A stretch of 64,000 bases of DNA from an uncultured delta proteobacterium (GCA_963802945.1 CAWDKY010000027.1:96001-160000), one strand, 5' to 3'; counted from the first letter of the stretch, positions 11,552-21,960 are shown. The notes: generated by a model not told the origin, from the sequence alone. Numbers and translations: made by a program.

Positions 11552-12403
11552 TCAGACATAGTCTTCCAGGATTTTGTTCATTCTCTCTTGATCCACGCCT
11601 TGCCCGATCAAGGGGCCTTGTTGCAACACCTTGAAATGATCTTCAAAGGTCGGCCTCTGGTTTTGATAAATGACACCCACGGGAATCCTTTCCCCCCATT
11701 CGATGGCTGTTTTCATGGCCTTTTCCCAATCAGCAGGATCATGGTCTTTTGGTAATTCATAACAGCGCTTCTTGTACCAGGCGAAGGTATTCACCTTATT
11801 AAAAGAGACACACGGTTGCAGGATATCCACCAAAGAAAAACCTTTATGGGTTATGGCTTGCCGAATCAGGGCCGTCAAATGATCGGTCATTCCTGAAAAA
11901 CCTCGGGCCACAAAACCGGCCTGCATGGCCACGGCTACGGCTATCGGATTAAAAGGGATCGAAGGCACACCCTGGGGTTGGGCCTTGGTAATCAGGCCTT
12001 CATCTGTGGTCGGGCTGGCCTGTCCCTTGGTCAGGCCATAGATCTGGTTATTATGAACCAGCAGGGTCAGATTGATATTCCGGCGGATGGCGGCCAGAAA
12101 ATGATTGCCTCCTTCCCCATAGTTGCACCCGTCACCGCTTTCAACAAGGACCGTTAAATCCGGGTTGGCCAATTTCGCCCCGGTGGCCACGGGCAGGGAT
12201 CGGCCATGAAGGCCATTGAAGACATTGGCCTTGAGATAATGGGGGGCCTTAGCGGCCTGGCCGATACCGGAAACGAAAAGGACTTCCCGGGGTTTCAGCC
12301 CCAGGCCGACCAAGGCCTGTTTGACGGCCTGGAGTATGGAAAAATTTCCACATCCCGGGCACCAGGCGGTTTCAAAAGTTCCGTAATCTTCCAAAGTGAC
12401 CAT
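11552..12403 (-). CDS. 2-oxoacid:ferredoxin oxidoreductase beta subunit
   Basis: WCPGCGN, LHGR, GDG, NNQIYGLTKGQ. Confidence 0.92.
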   Translation of the reverse strand: MVTLEDYGTFETAWCPGCGNFSILQAVKQALVGLGLKPREVLFVSGIGQAAKAPHYLKANVFNGLHGRSLPVATGAKLANPDLTVLVESGDGCNYGEGGNHFLAAIRRNINLTLLVHNNQIYGLTKGQASPTTDEGLITKAQPQGVPSIPFNPIAVAVAMQAGFVARGFSGMTDHLTALIRQAITHKGFSLVDILQPCVSFNKVNTFAWYKKRCYELPKDHDPADWEKAMKTAIEWGERIPVGVIYQNQRPTFEDHFKVLQQGPLIGQGVDQERMNKILEDYV

Positions 12404-12528
12404 AAATAAATTCCGCTTATCTGAACTTTTATAAAACTGATGGACCTTGGAGTTGAAGCCTCGATAGACGTTTTTGTTCGCCCCACTTCTCGGCTCACAC
12501 CCACTCCTTCAGGGTGGCTCCCGTTTCA

Positions 12529-14214
12529 TCAGCCTGCCAAATGTTTTAAAATATATTCCGGTGTTATTGGCAGTCCATCATAGCGCAGCACCTGTTTGGC
12601 AATTTGAAAACCAGTTTCTCTGCGGATCAGGCGGGAAAATTGTCCCAGGGCATTCCCCTCCAACGCAATCACTTTTTTAGCTTCTTTCAAAAAAGGGATA
12701 AATTGATCCGGCACCATTGGCCACACCTGGGAAAAACAAAGGGTTCCCACCCGTTTTCCCTGTAATCTCAGTTTGGCGGCGGCTTCCAGGACAGATCCCC
12801 TGGTGGATCCCCAGGTAACCAGCAACAGATCCGGCTTTTGATCACCGGTGAACTGGGGGGGCACTACCTTGAGGGCCAGGGCTTTCATCTTTTTGAGCCG
12901 CTTTTCCACCATCTGTTTTCTCACCGATAAATCTTCGGTCAGATGGCCGTCTTCCGTATGTTCATCACTATCGGCTATGACCAGGTTCTCCGTCTTTCCT
13001 GGAATCAAACGCGGCGAGATACCGTCTTCGGTTATGGCATATCGAAGATAAGGCCGGGAAGGAGGAGAACCATCGGAACCCGGGGGAATCCAGGAAAGGG
13101 CCTTTAGATCAAAAGGCTCCACCGCCCGATAGGCGTCGGCTAAAAATTGATCGGTTAAAAGAAAAATCGGGGTTTGGAGAGACTGGGCCAGTTCAAAGGC
13201 TTTTCGGATCAGGTGGAAGCATTCTTCAACGTTGCCGGGAACAAAGACAGCTCTGGGAAATTCACCGTGTCCGGCGTGTAAAATGAATTCCAGATCGGCC
13301 TGTTCGGTTCTGGTAGGCAGTCCGGTGGCCGGTGCGGGACGCTGGGCTACAACGATGACCAGCGGAGTCTCGGTCATTCCGGCCAGGCTGATCCCTTCCA
13401 CCATCAGGGCAAAGCCCCCGCCTGAGGTGGCCACCATACTGGGGGCCCCTGCAAAGGAGGCCCCGATAGCCATATTGACAGCCGCAATTTCATCTTCGGC
13501 CTGTTCGACAATCAGTCCCATAGCCTCGGCCTGGGCGGCCAGAGCAAGACCAATGGATGTGGACGGGGTCATAGGATAGAACGAAAAAAATTTTAATCCG
13601 GAGGATAAGGCCCCCAAGGCAATGGCCTCGTTTCCGTTGATCATCAAACGCCTGGATGGATTGGGAATAGGTGGTAGTTTTGGAAAGGGTACTGTCTGGC
13701 CCTCGGTCCATTGATAAGCAGTTTTAAGGGCCTTTTGGTTTTCTTGGATTGCAGAAAGGTCTTTAGGACCAAAAAATTCCTTTATGGCCGAACCGAGGCC
13801 ATCCTGCGGGAGCCCTAACAAGGCGCCGACCACGCCCAAGGCCACTGTATTGGAATATCGATTTGAGGCCAATTTTTTGAATGGGACTTGTAAACAGGCC
13901 GGTCCTTTGACTTCCCAAGCGCTATCAACTACCATCAGGCCTGCGGGGAAAAGCTCTGCTCTATGAAGAGTTATGGTCTGTTCATCCAGGGCGATCAGCA
14001 AATCAATCGTTTCCTGAGGGGCCAAAATTTCCTCAATGCCGGTTCGTATGGAAAAGGTGTTGTGCCCTCCTCGAACCCGTGATTGATAACTCTGAGTGAC
14101 CCCGATAAAGTAACCGTTTCGAGTCAGAGCTTTGGCCAGCAACTGACCGATGGTGACCAGCCCTTGCCCCGCTTCACCGCCGATAACCATATTGATAGAG
14201 GTGAAGGCCATCAT
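12529..14214 (-). CDS. 2-oxoacid:acceptor oxidoreductase alpha subunit (gamma-alpha fusion)
   Basis: GGEAGQG, YPMTPS, QAEDEIAA, TSGGG; start placed at the ATG overlapping the upstream stop. Confidence 0.92.
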   Translation of the reverse strand: MMAFTSINMVIGGEAGQGLVTIGQLLAKALTRNGYFIGVTQSYQSRVRGGHNTFSIRTGIEEILAPQETIDLLIALDEQTITLHRAELFPAGLMVVDSAWEVKGPACLQVPFKKLASNRYSNTVALGVVGALLGLPQDGLGSAIKEFFGPKDLSAIQENQKALKTAYQWTEGQTVPFPKLPPIPNPSRRLMINGNEAIALGALSSGLKFFSFYPMTPSTSIGLALAAQAEAMGLIVEQAEDEIAAVNMAIGASFAGAPSMVATSGGGFALMVEGISLAGMTETPLVIVVAQRPAPATGLPTRTEQADLEFILHAGHGEFPRAVFVPGNVEECFHLIRKAFELAQSLQTPIFLLTDQFLADAYRAVEPFDLKALSWIPPGSDGSPPSRPYLRYAITEDGISPRLIPGKTENLVIADSDEHTEDGHLTEDLSVRKQMVEKRLKKMKALALKVVPPQFTGDQKPDLLLVTWGSTRGSVLEAAAKLRLQGKRVGTLCFSQVWPMVPDQFIPFLKEAKKVIALEGNALGQFSRLIRRETGFQIAKQVLRYDGLPITPEYILKHLAG

Positions 14215-14744
14215 ACCCCATCTAAGCCGGCTCGTTCTTTTTCCATAAACCACCCCTGGGGATCAGTCAGATAATAACGGGTATCCTTCAAGGCCTTCCA
14301 GTGTCCCTTTTCTTCCAGGATCATCTGGTCCAGGAAGGCCGCCTCAATAGGATCAATGGCCTTGGTCCGGTGTTCCTGGTAAAATTTTATACTGGCCGAT
14401 TCAAGATCCAATCCGATATCAACGGCCTCCAAATCCGTGGTCTCGGCCTTTATTTTTTTCCTTTCCTTAGGTGCCAGATTTTGAAAAAGCATTTCCAGAT
14501 CATGGGAAGGAGCCTTGATGGATTCCCAATCTCTGGTCCAGCATCTTTGGGAGGTCAGGGTATTATGGATTTGTTTTATCCGCCCGGTGTGAATGACTTC
14601 ATCCTTCATCAGGGCGGAAAAGATTTCCATACACTGAGGATTCCGGCAGGTCGTCGCGGCCTTTTTATAGAACGCTTTCCCTTTTTCTTCCATGTCCAAG
14701 GCTGCGGAAAGCATGTCCATCGAACACTGGTTTTGATCAACCAT
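14211..14744 (-). CDS. Ferritin-like (rubrerythrin family) protein
   Basis: E..G..FY and ExxH pairs (DEVIH, EEKGH); start trimmed to MVDQ. Confidence 0.8.
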   Translation of the reverse strand: MVDQNQCSMDMLSAALDMEEKGKAFYKKAATTCRNPQCMEIFSALMKDEVIHTGRIKQIHNTLTSQRCWTRDWESIKAPSHDLEMLFQNLAPKERKKIKAETTDLEAVDIGLDLESASIKFYQEHRTKAIDPIEAAFLDQMILEEKGHWKALKDTRYYLTDPQGWFMEKERAGLDGV

Positions 14745-14748
14745 TTTT

Positions 14749-15123
14749 TCAGGCCTTCCACAAGCCATGCAGGTTACAATATTCCCGAGCCGTAATCTGG
14801 GCGGCCTGAATATCAAATTGGGCCTCCGGGACCTCTCCCGGTTTAAGGAACTGGCGATAGGCCTTCCCGTCGGCAATTACTTCTATCCATTCAATATAAT
14901 GTTTCTCTTCCATGGGATGGGCCACGCTTCCCACTTTGACTTTGAAGCCGGTGGCGGTTTTTTCTATGACCGGTACATGCTTTTCCTTGGAAGCGTCAAC
15001 GGTATTGGCAACGAATAACTTCATGGGTTGTCCGCAGCAAACCAGTTCTCCTTTGCCATCATGAAGAACCTCTACTATGTTTCCACAAACTTCACATTTG
15101 TAAATCTGTAATCTTTCAGTCAT
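14749..15123 (-). CDS. dfx: Desulfoferrodoxin (superoxide reductase)
   Basis: CEVCGN, CCGQPM, EKHVP, HPM, CNLHGLW. Confidence 0.95.
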   Translation of the reverse strand: MTERLQIYKCEVCGNIVEVLHDGKGELVCCGQPMKLFVANTVDASKEKHVPVIEKTATGFKVKVGSVAHPMEEKHYIEWIEVIADGKAYRQFLKPGEVPEAQFDIQAAQITAREYCNLHGLWKA

Positions 15124-15205
15124 TGGAATTTCTCCTTTCGCAAATACTGGGGTTTAAGGGTTCGAGATATAAATAAAATATTTTCGCCCATTGCCTGGCT
15201 TTAAA

Positions 15206-15778
15206 CTACCAATTTTCCGCCAACAACTCATAATAATCCCTGGGGTGGGCACAAGCCGGGCACTGTTCCGGAGCTTCCGCACCTTCATGAAGATAGCCGC
15301 AATTCAAGCATCGCCAAACTACCGGCCGATCCTTTTTAAAAACCTTACCGGCCTGAATATTAGCCAAAAGCCCCAAATATCTTTTTTCATGCTGCTTCTC
15401 AGCCACAGAAATGTAATCAAAAATTTTGGCGATGTCGTTAAAATCTTCTTCCCGGGCGATTTTGGCAAAACCAGGATACATTTCAGTCCACTCATAATGC
15501 TCGCCACCGGCGCTGGCTGCCAAATTCTCGGCGGTGGAACCGATCACCCCCGCCGGAAAGGCTGCCTGGATTTGTGCTTCACCTCCCTGGAGCAGCTTAA
15601 ACAGCCTTTTGGCATGTTCTTTTTCTTGATTGGCCGTCTCTTCAAAGATAAGCGAAATCTGAATCAATCCTTCTGTCTTGGCCTGACTGGCAAAGTAGGT
15701 GTATCGATTTCGCGCCTGGGATTCGCCGGCAAAAGCGGTGAGGATATTTTTTTCGGTCTTGGATCCTTTTAGATTCAT
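15206..15778 (-). CDS. rbr: Rubrerythrin
   Basis: AFAGESQARNRY, EKEHA, EKQHE, C-terminal WRCLNCGY...CPAC; start MNLKGS. Confidence 0.95.
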   Translation of the reverse strand: MNLKGSKTEKNILTAFAGESQARNRYTYFASQAKTEGLIQISLIFEETANQEKEHAKRLFKLLQGGEAQIQAAFPAGVIGSTAENLAASAGGEHYEWTEMYPGFAKIAREEDFNDIAKIFDYISVAEKQHEKRYLGLLANIQAGKVFKKDRPVVWRCLNCGYLHEGAEAPEQCPACAHPRDYYELLAENW

Positions 15779-16001
15779 GATGCCTTCTCCTTTCTCTAAT
15801 TTCTGAATGATTTGTGGTTGATTTTCTGTATTACCGGTTTGCCTTTGTTTGTTAGTGTTAAGGTTTATAAGCCAGTTGTTATAAAACCTCATGCCCTCTT
15901 GGGTGGGGAATTCGAAACATGAAAATGATTCTAAGGAATCAAGGATTCAAGTGAAAGGCTTTGGAAGTTAAAACCCTTGAACCTTATTTTCTTTAAAAAT
16001 T

Positions 16002-16020
16002 AATAGTAATAATTATTACG
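16002..16020. promoter_or_regulatory. Candidate PerR/Fur-family operator upstream of rbr
   Basis: AT-rich imperfect palindrome AATAGTAATAATTATTACG just downstream of a minus-strand TTGACA (16040-16045), upstream of oxidative-stress genes. Confidence 0.45.
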
Positions 16021-16151
16021 ATAAAAACTTTTTTCGCGATGTCAAGGGGTTTAAGGAAAAAATGACGCTTCTTCTGATTTTATTTATATTGAACATGAGC
16101 AGTCCGCCCCGAACCTGGGACAGATCCAAGCATTTTATTAAGGTAATTTGT

Positions 16152-16697
16152 TTAGCGGGGGAGGATGATCAGAGTGTCTCCTGCTCGAACCGGTTTATTT
16201 TTACTCCGTTTATTCCATTGTAGCAGCTCATTCGTGGAAACCTTGTACTTGATGGCGATACTACGCAGCGTTTCCCCCTTTTTCACTTTATATTGAATTT
16301 TTTCATTCTTCGATGAAGTTGGAATCGGCTTCTTCTCCTCTATTCTTTTTTGTTCCATTCTTCCAAGTTTAACCAATAAATTCTGGTTGGCGGCCTCTAG
16401 GGCCTTTAACCTGGATTCCAAATGATTCTGATAATCTTGATTCGCTTTAATTGTCTGGTCGAGTTTTTCACCTTGTTCCTTGAAACTGGTCTCCAAAATT
16501 TTTATTTTCTTTTCCATTTTTGAAGCTGTTCCCGAACTTTCCTGGAAGAAAATAATATATCCGATATAAACTAAACCTAAAACGATCAGACTGCCGAAAA
16601 TAATTTCTAAAGACGAGAGTGCAAAACGTTGTTTTAAATGAGACGAGTTTTGGGGATTCCGGGAGGTTGGGGTTTCCGAATTTGATTGATTTTCCAT
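16152..16697 (-). CDS. Membrane-anchored coiled-coil LysM protein
   Basis: One TM helix, coiled coil, C-terminal YKVKKGETLRSIA LysM. Confidence 0.8.
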   Translation of the reverse strand: MENQSNSETPTSRNPQNSSHLKQRFALSSLEIIFGSLIVLGLVYIGYIIFFQESSGTASKMEKKIKILETSFKEQGEKLDQTIKANQDYQNHLESRLKALEAANQNLLVKLGRMEQKRIEEKKPIPTSSKNEKIQYKVKKGETLRSIAIKYKVSTNELLQWNKRSKNKPVRAGDTLIILPR

Positions 16698-16855
16698 TTG
16701 ATTTTCCAAAAAGAGCAATTTGTTAGGTTAAAAAGTATTGACCTTTAAGATTACATTTTATTTACCTTATCAAATATCGACTTGATTTGTCAATTGAGGT
16801 CTGAAATTCCTTTTCTTCGGTTCGGTCGTGAGTCACCTCCATAAGCTGGTTCATT

Positions 16856-17344
16856 TTGCCACACTTTTCACTGGGGGAGGTTCAAGATGTAAATACTTTA
16901 GGAACACAAAAAAACCAAGGACTTAGTTCATTCCTTTCTATCTTAAACCTCTTGGATGTCAATGCTGATGAGAAGATAGATACCAATGAATTGAAATTTG
17001 GTGCTGGTTTTATGATCAACAGTCTGATCCATGTCCAAGACCAGAATAACGATCATTTACTTAGTGCCGAAGAATTAGGGGTCTCCCCAAACATTGTTTC
17101 TCAATTGGATACCGATTCTGATGGAAAGTTGAGTGCCAAAGAAATGATATTGGCAACCGAGAAGCTCATTGACGGGTTAGTACCGATTCTGGACACTAAC
17201 GGCGACGGCGCCTTGAGTCGAGATGAATTGGCTGTTCTTCAATTACTTTTTGCCGGGCAGAAAGCCACTGGAGCTTATCAGCCTGCGGGTTCGGGAACAG
17301 AGAACTCTTTTGGCCTCCAAAAGCTTTTTAGTCTGAAGGTTTAA
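16856..17344 (+). CDS. EF-hand domain protein (start uncertain)
   Basis: Four DxNxD/DxDxD loops such as DTNGDGALSRDE. Confidence 0.7.
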   Translation: MPHFSLGEVQDVNTLGTQKNQGLSSFLSILNLLDVNADEKIDTNELKFGAGFMINSLIHVQDQNNDHLLSAEELGVSPNIVSQLDTDSDGKLSAKEMILATEKLIDGLVPILDTNGDGALSRDELAVLQLLFAGQKATGAYQPAGSGTENSFGLQKLFSLKV

Positions 17345-17372
17345 GAAATTTCAGTGTTAACCCAAGCCGGAA

Positions 17373-17413
17373 AAGGGTAATGACCAAACCAAGGGGGGTT
17401 GGTCATTACCCTT
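17373..17413 (+). terminator. Intrinsic terminator-like hairpin
   Basis: AAGGGTAATGACCAA...TTGGTCATTACCCTT perfect 15-bp stem after the EF-hand gene. Confidence 0.7.
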
Positions 17414-17763
17414 CTTTCCTACTTAAGCCGGTTTCTCCAATGCAACTTTTAAATCCTTATAAAAAAATGCTTGCTATACTCCCCAACAATTCTTATCATT
17501 GCTCCGAATGACAGCCTCGTAAAAACCTCCTTAACCGTCATTCCCGCGAACCTGAAATTAATTTAGGGGGTCGCCGGGGTGAGGTCCCTGCCCGGGCGGG
17601 ATTGAACATGGAAAGCCAGCCCCCCGACAAGCTCTGGGCCTTGAGCTGGTCGAAAAAGCCTATTTCCAGTCACACCTGTGGGTCTGTCCCGAAGATGGCG
17701 GGAATAGAGCGCGTGCTTCCTTATTAAGATTAACTAACGACATCTGTAAAGAAGGGATTATAA

Positions 17764-18558
17764 ATGGCTGATAAAACAGAAGCGGGAAAAAAGATGGGTT
17801 ATGTAGAAATGCAGGATTTTTTTGAAAGGACCCTAAAATTGGAGACTCCGCCCGTGGCCGTCAGATTTGTCCGCCAAGGCGAGGGAAAACCAAAAGGCGT
17901 AAGCACCAACATCAAACCCATCTCCTTTTGCCAAGCGGTCACTGTGGCCAGGCAGGGGAATTATTCCGTCTATTTAACCAGAGAGAACCTGAGCTGCCCC
18001 AATGCCCGACTGGCCTTTGGCCTGGGCAACGAAGAGGAAATCAAAAGGGATCGGGAAAACCAGATTTCGAAATACCATAACTATGCCCCGAATAAAGAAG
18101 TCTGGGAAAAAATGGTGGATAAGAAATTTGCTATTCCTCCTGGAGAGGTAACGGGGGTAGCCGTTGCTCCCCTGGCCAGGGCCAAATTTATCCCCGATGC
18201 CTTGATTTTTACCGTGGTGCCCTGGCAGGCTTACTTCCTGATGAACGGCTATTTTTTTATGACCGGTGATATGCCGCTTAATTTCACCATGGCTACCAAT
18301 TCTCTGGTCTGCGGTTATGCGGCCGGCATTGCCGGCTGGGATAAAAAAATCAACCTGGCTACAGCCTGTTCAGGCGGACGAAGTTACGCAGGAACGGAAA
18401 GTATTCATATCTATTTTGCCATTCCTTGGGAATTGGTTGATATTGAGATCGAGGGACTTAAGCAACGATCCAAAGTGGCCCCTTATCCCGGTCTGATCAC
18501 CGTTCCCTTGGGGGTACCCAAACCGGGAAAACACTTCTTCAAAAGCGAAGAGGACTAA
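17764..18558 (+). CDS. DUF169 family protein
   Basis: PVAVRF, FCQAV..AR, LSCP, CSGGR Cys pattern. Confidence 0.75.
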   Translation: MADKTEAGKKMGYVEMQDFFERTLKLETPPVAVRFVRQGEGKPKGVSTNIKPISFCQAVTVARQGNYSVYLTRENLSCPNARLAFGLGNEEEIKRDRENQISKYHNYAPNKEVWEKMVDKKFAIPPGEVTGVAVAPLARAKFIPDALIFTVVPWQAYFLMNGYFFMTGDMPLNFTMATNSLVCGYAAGIAGWDKKINLATACSGGRSYAGTESIHIYFAIPWELVDIEIEGLKQRSKVAPYPGLITVPLGVPKPGKHFFKSEED

Positions 18559-18563
18559 TAGCC

Positions 18564-20006
18564 ATGAGTACAAAAATCGGAATCATCGGGGCCGGGCCAG
18601 GGGGCTATGTCGCCGCCTTTCGGGCCGCCCAATTGGGTGCCCAAGTGATTGTTATTGAGCAGGAGGCTGTCGGCGGCACCTGCCTGAACTGGGGCTGCAT
18701 CCCCACCAAGACCATCAAAACCACCGCTGAAGCGATTGAAAAAATTCAACGAGCCAAAGAACTCGGCCTAGATCTGGAAGGGGGCTTCCGACCCAATATG
18801 GAACGGATCATGGCCCGGAAAAATGAGGTTATATCGATCCTGGCCCAGGGGATAAAAAAAAGTTTTGAGAGCTATAAGATTCAATATCTGGAGGGGACGG
18901 CCTTCATTCAAGACCCTAAAAAAATATTGGTTAAGGGGCATGACGACCACGAGCAGGCGATCGAAGTGGATGACATCATCATCGCCTCAGGCTCAAGGCC
19001 CATGAGCTTCCCGGCCTTTCCCTTTGACGGCAGACATGTCCTCTCCAGCAGTGATGCCCTGTTATTAAAGGAAATCCCCGAATCCATTTTAATCGTTGGC
19101 GGAGGGGTGATCGGCTGTGAGTTTGCCTTTATCTTCAGTTTACTGGGCAGTCAGGTCTCGGTGGTGGAGGCCCTTCCTCGAGTCCTCGGTCTCCCTTCCA
19201 TTGATCTAGATTGTTCGACCATCATCCAGCGGGAGATGAAAAAGCGAAAAATCAAGGTCCTGCTCGATAAAACCGTTGAGAAGACCGAGATCCAAAACGA
19301 CTGGATCAAGCTGACTATCGGCCCTTCTCCTTTTCTCAAAGAGGTTAAAGAAAAAGACCGCCAACCTATGGAGGTGGAAGTACAGAAGGTTCTGGTTTCT
19401 ATTGGACGGGAATCCAATACCGAGGCTTTAGGATTGAAACGGTTGGGGATGGAATTGGATTCCAACCTTTGGATCAAGGCCAACGAGAGGATGGAAACCA
19501 ATTGCACCGGTATTTATGCCGTTGGTGATGCCCTGGGGCCTTCTAAAATCATGTTGGCTCACGTGGCTTCAACCGAAGGAATCGTTGCTGCTGAAAACAT
19601 CATGGGCCATAAACGGGCCATGAATTATGAGGTGGTGCCTTCAGTTATCTTCACCTTTCCAGAGGTAGCCGATGTGGGGCTGACCGAACCGCAGGCCCTG
19701 GAAAGAGGTCATGAAGTCCAGTCCGACAGCTTTCAGTTCCGTTCCCTGGGCAAACCTCAGGCTTTGGGTGAGATCGTCGGTCAGGTCAAGATCATTTCCG
19801 ACAGTCGAAATGAAAAAATTTTGGGAGTCCACATCGTCGGCCCTCAGGCCACGAACCTCATCGCTGAAGGGACCCTGGCTATTCAGATGGGGGCCACGGT
19901 CGAAGACCTAGCCCGTACCATCCATGCCCATCCGACACTTTCCGAAGCCCTGATGGAAGCGGCCCAGAAGGCTATGGGAGCAGGTCTGCACAGGTTGAAA
20001 GAATAA
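18564..20006 (+). CDS. lpdA: Dihydrolipoyl dehydrogenase
   Basis: GAGPGGY, GGTCLNWGCIPTK, HAHPTLSE. Confidence 0.95.
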   Translation: MSTKIGIIGAGPGGYVAAFRAAQLGAQVIVIEQEAVGGTCLNWGCIPTKTIKTTAEAIEKIQRAKELGLDLEGGFRPNMERIMARKNEVISILAQGIKKSFESYKIQYLEGTAFIQDPKKILVKGHDDHEQAIEVDDIIIASGSRPMSFPAFPFDGRHVLSSSDALLLKEIPESILIVGGGVIGCEFAFIFSLLGSQVSVVEALPRVLGLPSIDLDCSTIIQREMKKRKIKVLLDKTVEKTEIQNDWIKLTIGPSPFLKEVKEKDRQPMEVEVQKVLVSIGRESNTEALGLKRLGMELDSNLWIKANERMETNCTGIYAVGDALGPSKIMLAHVASTEGIVAAENIMGHKRAMNYEVVPSVIFTFPEVADVGLTEPQALERGHEVQSDSFQFRSLGKPQALGEIVGQVKIISDSRNEKILGVHIVGPQATNLIAEGTLAIQMGATVEDLARTIHAHPTLSEALMEAAQKAMGAGLHRLKE

Positions 20007-20027
20007 CCAAAGATACTTAAGATTTTG

Positions 20028-20243
20028 GTGTTTGGGGGTCTTGTTTCTTGAAGTTGTCCACCTCAAAGCCATAAGCTTCTTTGCCGGGTCAAAAAAATGA
20101 AAATACGTAAAAGAGCAGGCCTACAATAAAGTCCAAGATCCGGCTGGGTGAATGCCCTGGTTCCAATCAACGTAAAAATTCGGGCCGGTATGGAGCAGTG
20201 GGTTACCTTTTGGATAACTTCAAGAAACAAGACCCCCAAACAC
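20028..20243. mobile_element. 216-bp non-autonomous element with 33-bp terminal inverted repeats
   Basis: GTGTTTGGGGGTCTTGTTTCTTGAAGTTGTCCA (20028-20060) vs TGGATAACTTCAAGAAACAAGACCCCCAAACAC (20211-20243), one mismatch. Confidence 0.8.
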
Positions 20244-20313
20244 ATGAAATAAGGTTAGAGACAAATTCTCAAACTTCAAGGAGTAAGCATCTAAAGGAAG
20301 GGAGGTATGACCG

Positions 20314-20547
20314 ATGCCCCATGTGATTGTAAAACTTTATCCGGGTAGATCAGAAGATCAAAAAAAACGACTATCTGAAGCCATTACCAAAGACGTCGTA
20401 ACCATCGCTAAATGTGAAGAGAAATCTGTTTCGGTAGCTATCGAACAAGTAGACCCAAGCCAGTGGGCTGAAAAGGTGTATCGGCCTGATATACTGGATA
20501 ACGAAGCCAACCTCTATAAAAAACCGGGCTATAATCCCTTTGGATAA
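20314..20547 (+). CDS. 4-oxalocrotonate tautomerase family protein
   Basis: Pro-1 (MPHVIVK), GRSEDQK, SVSVAIE. Confidence 0.9.
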   Translation: MPHVIVKLYPGRSEDQKKRLSEAITKDVVTIAKCEEKSVSVAIEQVDPSQWAEKVYRPDILDNEANLYKKPGYNPFG

Positions 20548-20855
20548 GTCCAAAGAAAAGACCAGCCCAAAAGACAGGGACGGGAACTTTTCTTTCACCC
20601 GCCCAGGCTTGTGCCGTTTATGAAGCACTGTGGAAGTACGCTTCCTATCGTCAAAGAAATTCGTAATCGGTTAATTCCTGACAAAGAAACCGTTCCGGCG
20701 CGTTTCGGTCTCGATTCGTCTAAATCGATAACGCCCCGGCTTTAGGTCTGTCATTATTGAAATTTGCCCCTCTTCCCATTCACAATTTCTTAGTAATTCA
20801 ATCTCTTCTCCTCGTCCGCCCTTGACAGCAAATTTTAAGGCAGCCAAGATGAGCT

Positions 20856-21725
20856 TTATCGGTCAGGCTCCGGCACCTTCCGGGCCTCATGTCTTTTTTG
20901 TCCTTTTTCGAAGAGCCTTTCTCCTTCCTCGGTGGTGATGAGAAGGGGAGGAATGGTTATCGGTTTCCCGCTTTGATCCAGGGCCACATAGATGAAATAA
21001 GCGGTCAGGGCCTTATGCCGCTCTTCCGTAACGAGATTTTCAGCTTCAACTTCTACACGGATTTCTATAGAGGTGCTACCCACAAAGACGGGTCTGGCGT
21101 GGGCGAAAACCAGTTCGCCGATGTGCACCGGCCTTAGGAATTTCAATTCCTCCACTTTGGCCGTCACCACATTAGAATGGGCATGGCGGGCAGCGACTAC
21201 CCCGGCGGCCGTATCCATCATTTTCATGATCTCTCCTCCATGCACATTTCCAGCCGGGTTGCCTTGATCCGGAAGCATCACCTGAACCAGAGTTATGGAG
21301 GAATGTCCTGTGGTCCTTTCTTTCGGCGTAGATCGTTCCTTTAAGTGCTTGATGAGATTTTTTATTATTTTTTCATGCCTGGATTCCATTTCGGCCATTC
21401 GTTCAAAATATTCCCCGATTTCCGGGAACCCTTCCTCTCGGGCGGTTCTGGCAAAGTCGGGATAAATCGTATTATATTCGTATGCCTCTCCGTGGACCGC
21501 CGTCTCCAGGTTGGTCAGGGTATCCCGGATCTTTCCTAAAAGCTCAAAGTGGCCTCGGGCATGCTCTTCTTCATTTTTGGCAATTTCCAGAAATGCATCG
21601 GAGATAAAGGTGAGCCTCTCTTTCTCAGCAGCGGCAGCATAGTAGTTGTAGGCGTTTCTGGCCTTTGATTCCGCCGCGAAGGCGGCCTCCAGGTTTTTTT
21701 CGGTTTGACTTCCTTCTAAATTCAT
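20856..21725 (-). CDS. Rubrerythrin diiron domain fused to hotdog acyl-CoA thioesterase
   Basis: N-terminal AFAAESKARN/EEEHA/ESRHE; C-terminal NPAGNVHGGEIMKMMD hotdog motif. Confidence 0.85.
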   Translation of the reverse strand: MNLEGSQTEKNLEAAFAAESKARNAYNYYAAAAEKERLTFISDAFLEIAKNEEEHARGHFELLGKIRDTLTNLETAVHGEAYEYNTIYPDFARTAREEGFPEIGEYFERMAEMESRHEKIIKNLIKHLKERSTPKERTTGHSSITLVQVMLPDQGNPAGNVHGGEIMKMMDTAAGVVAARHAHSNVVTAKVEELKFLRPVHIGELVFAHARPVFVGSTSIEIRVEVEAENLVTEERHKALTAYFIYVALDQSGKPITIPPLLITTEEGERLFEKGQKRHEARKVPEPDR

Positions 21726-21960
21726 CTCGTCCTCCCTTTGGTTTTCTCGGCCTCCTTTATGAAATTCACCTATCTAACCCCTTTACAAACAATCCCGGGT
21801 CGTGAAGTTAGTTCAATTTTTTTATTTCTTCGACGATTTTCAGTAAGATTTCGCCGGTTTTGCCCTGAATAAGGTAGTTGGAAATACCCTTCTGGGTATG
21901 TGGTGTCGGTTCGGCGTTTACTTCAATGCCCTATTGCAGGAACTGACTCAAGCCTTCACT

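Noticed and set aside
17566-17660. tRNA-Sec, FMN or TPP riboswitch
   Set aside because: No cloverleaf or TTC loop; the conserved FMN and TPP core words are missing
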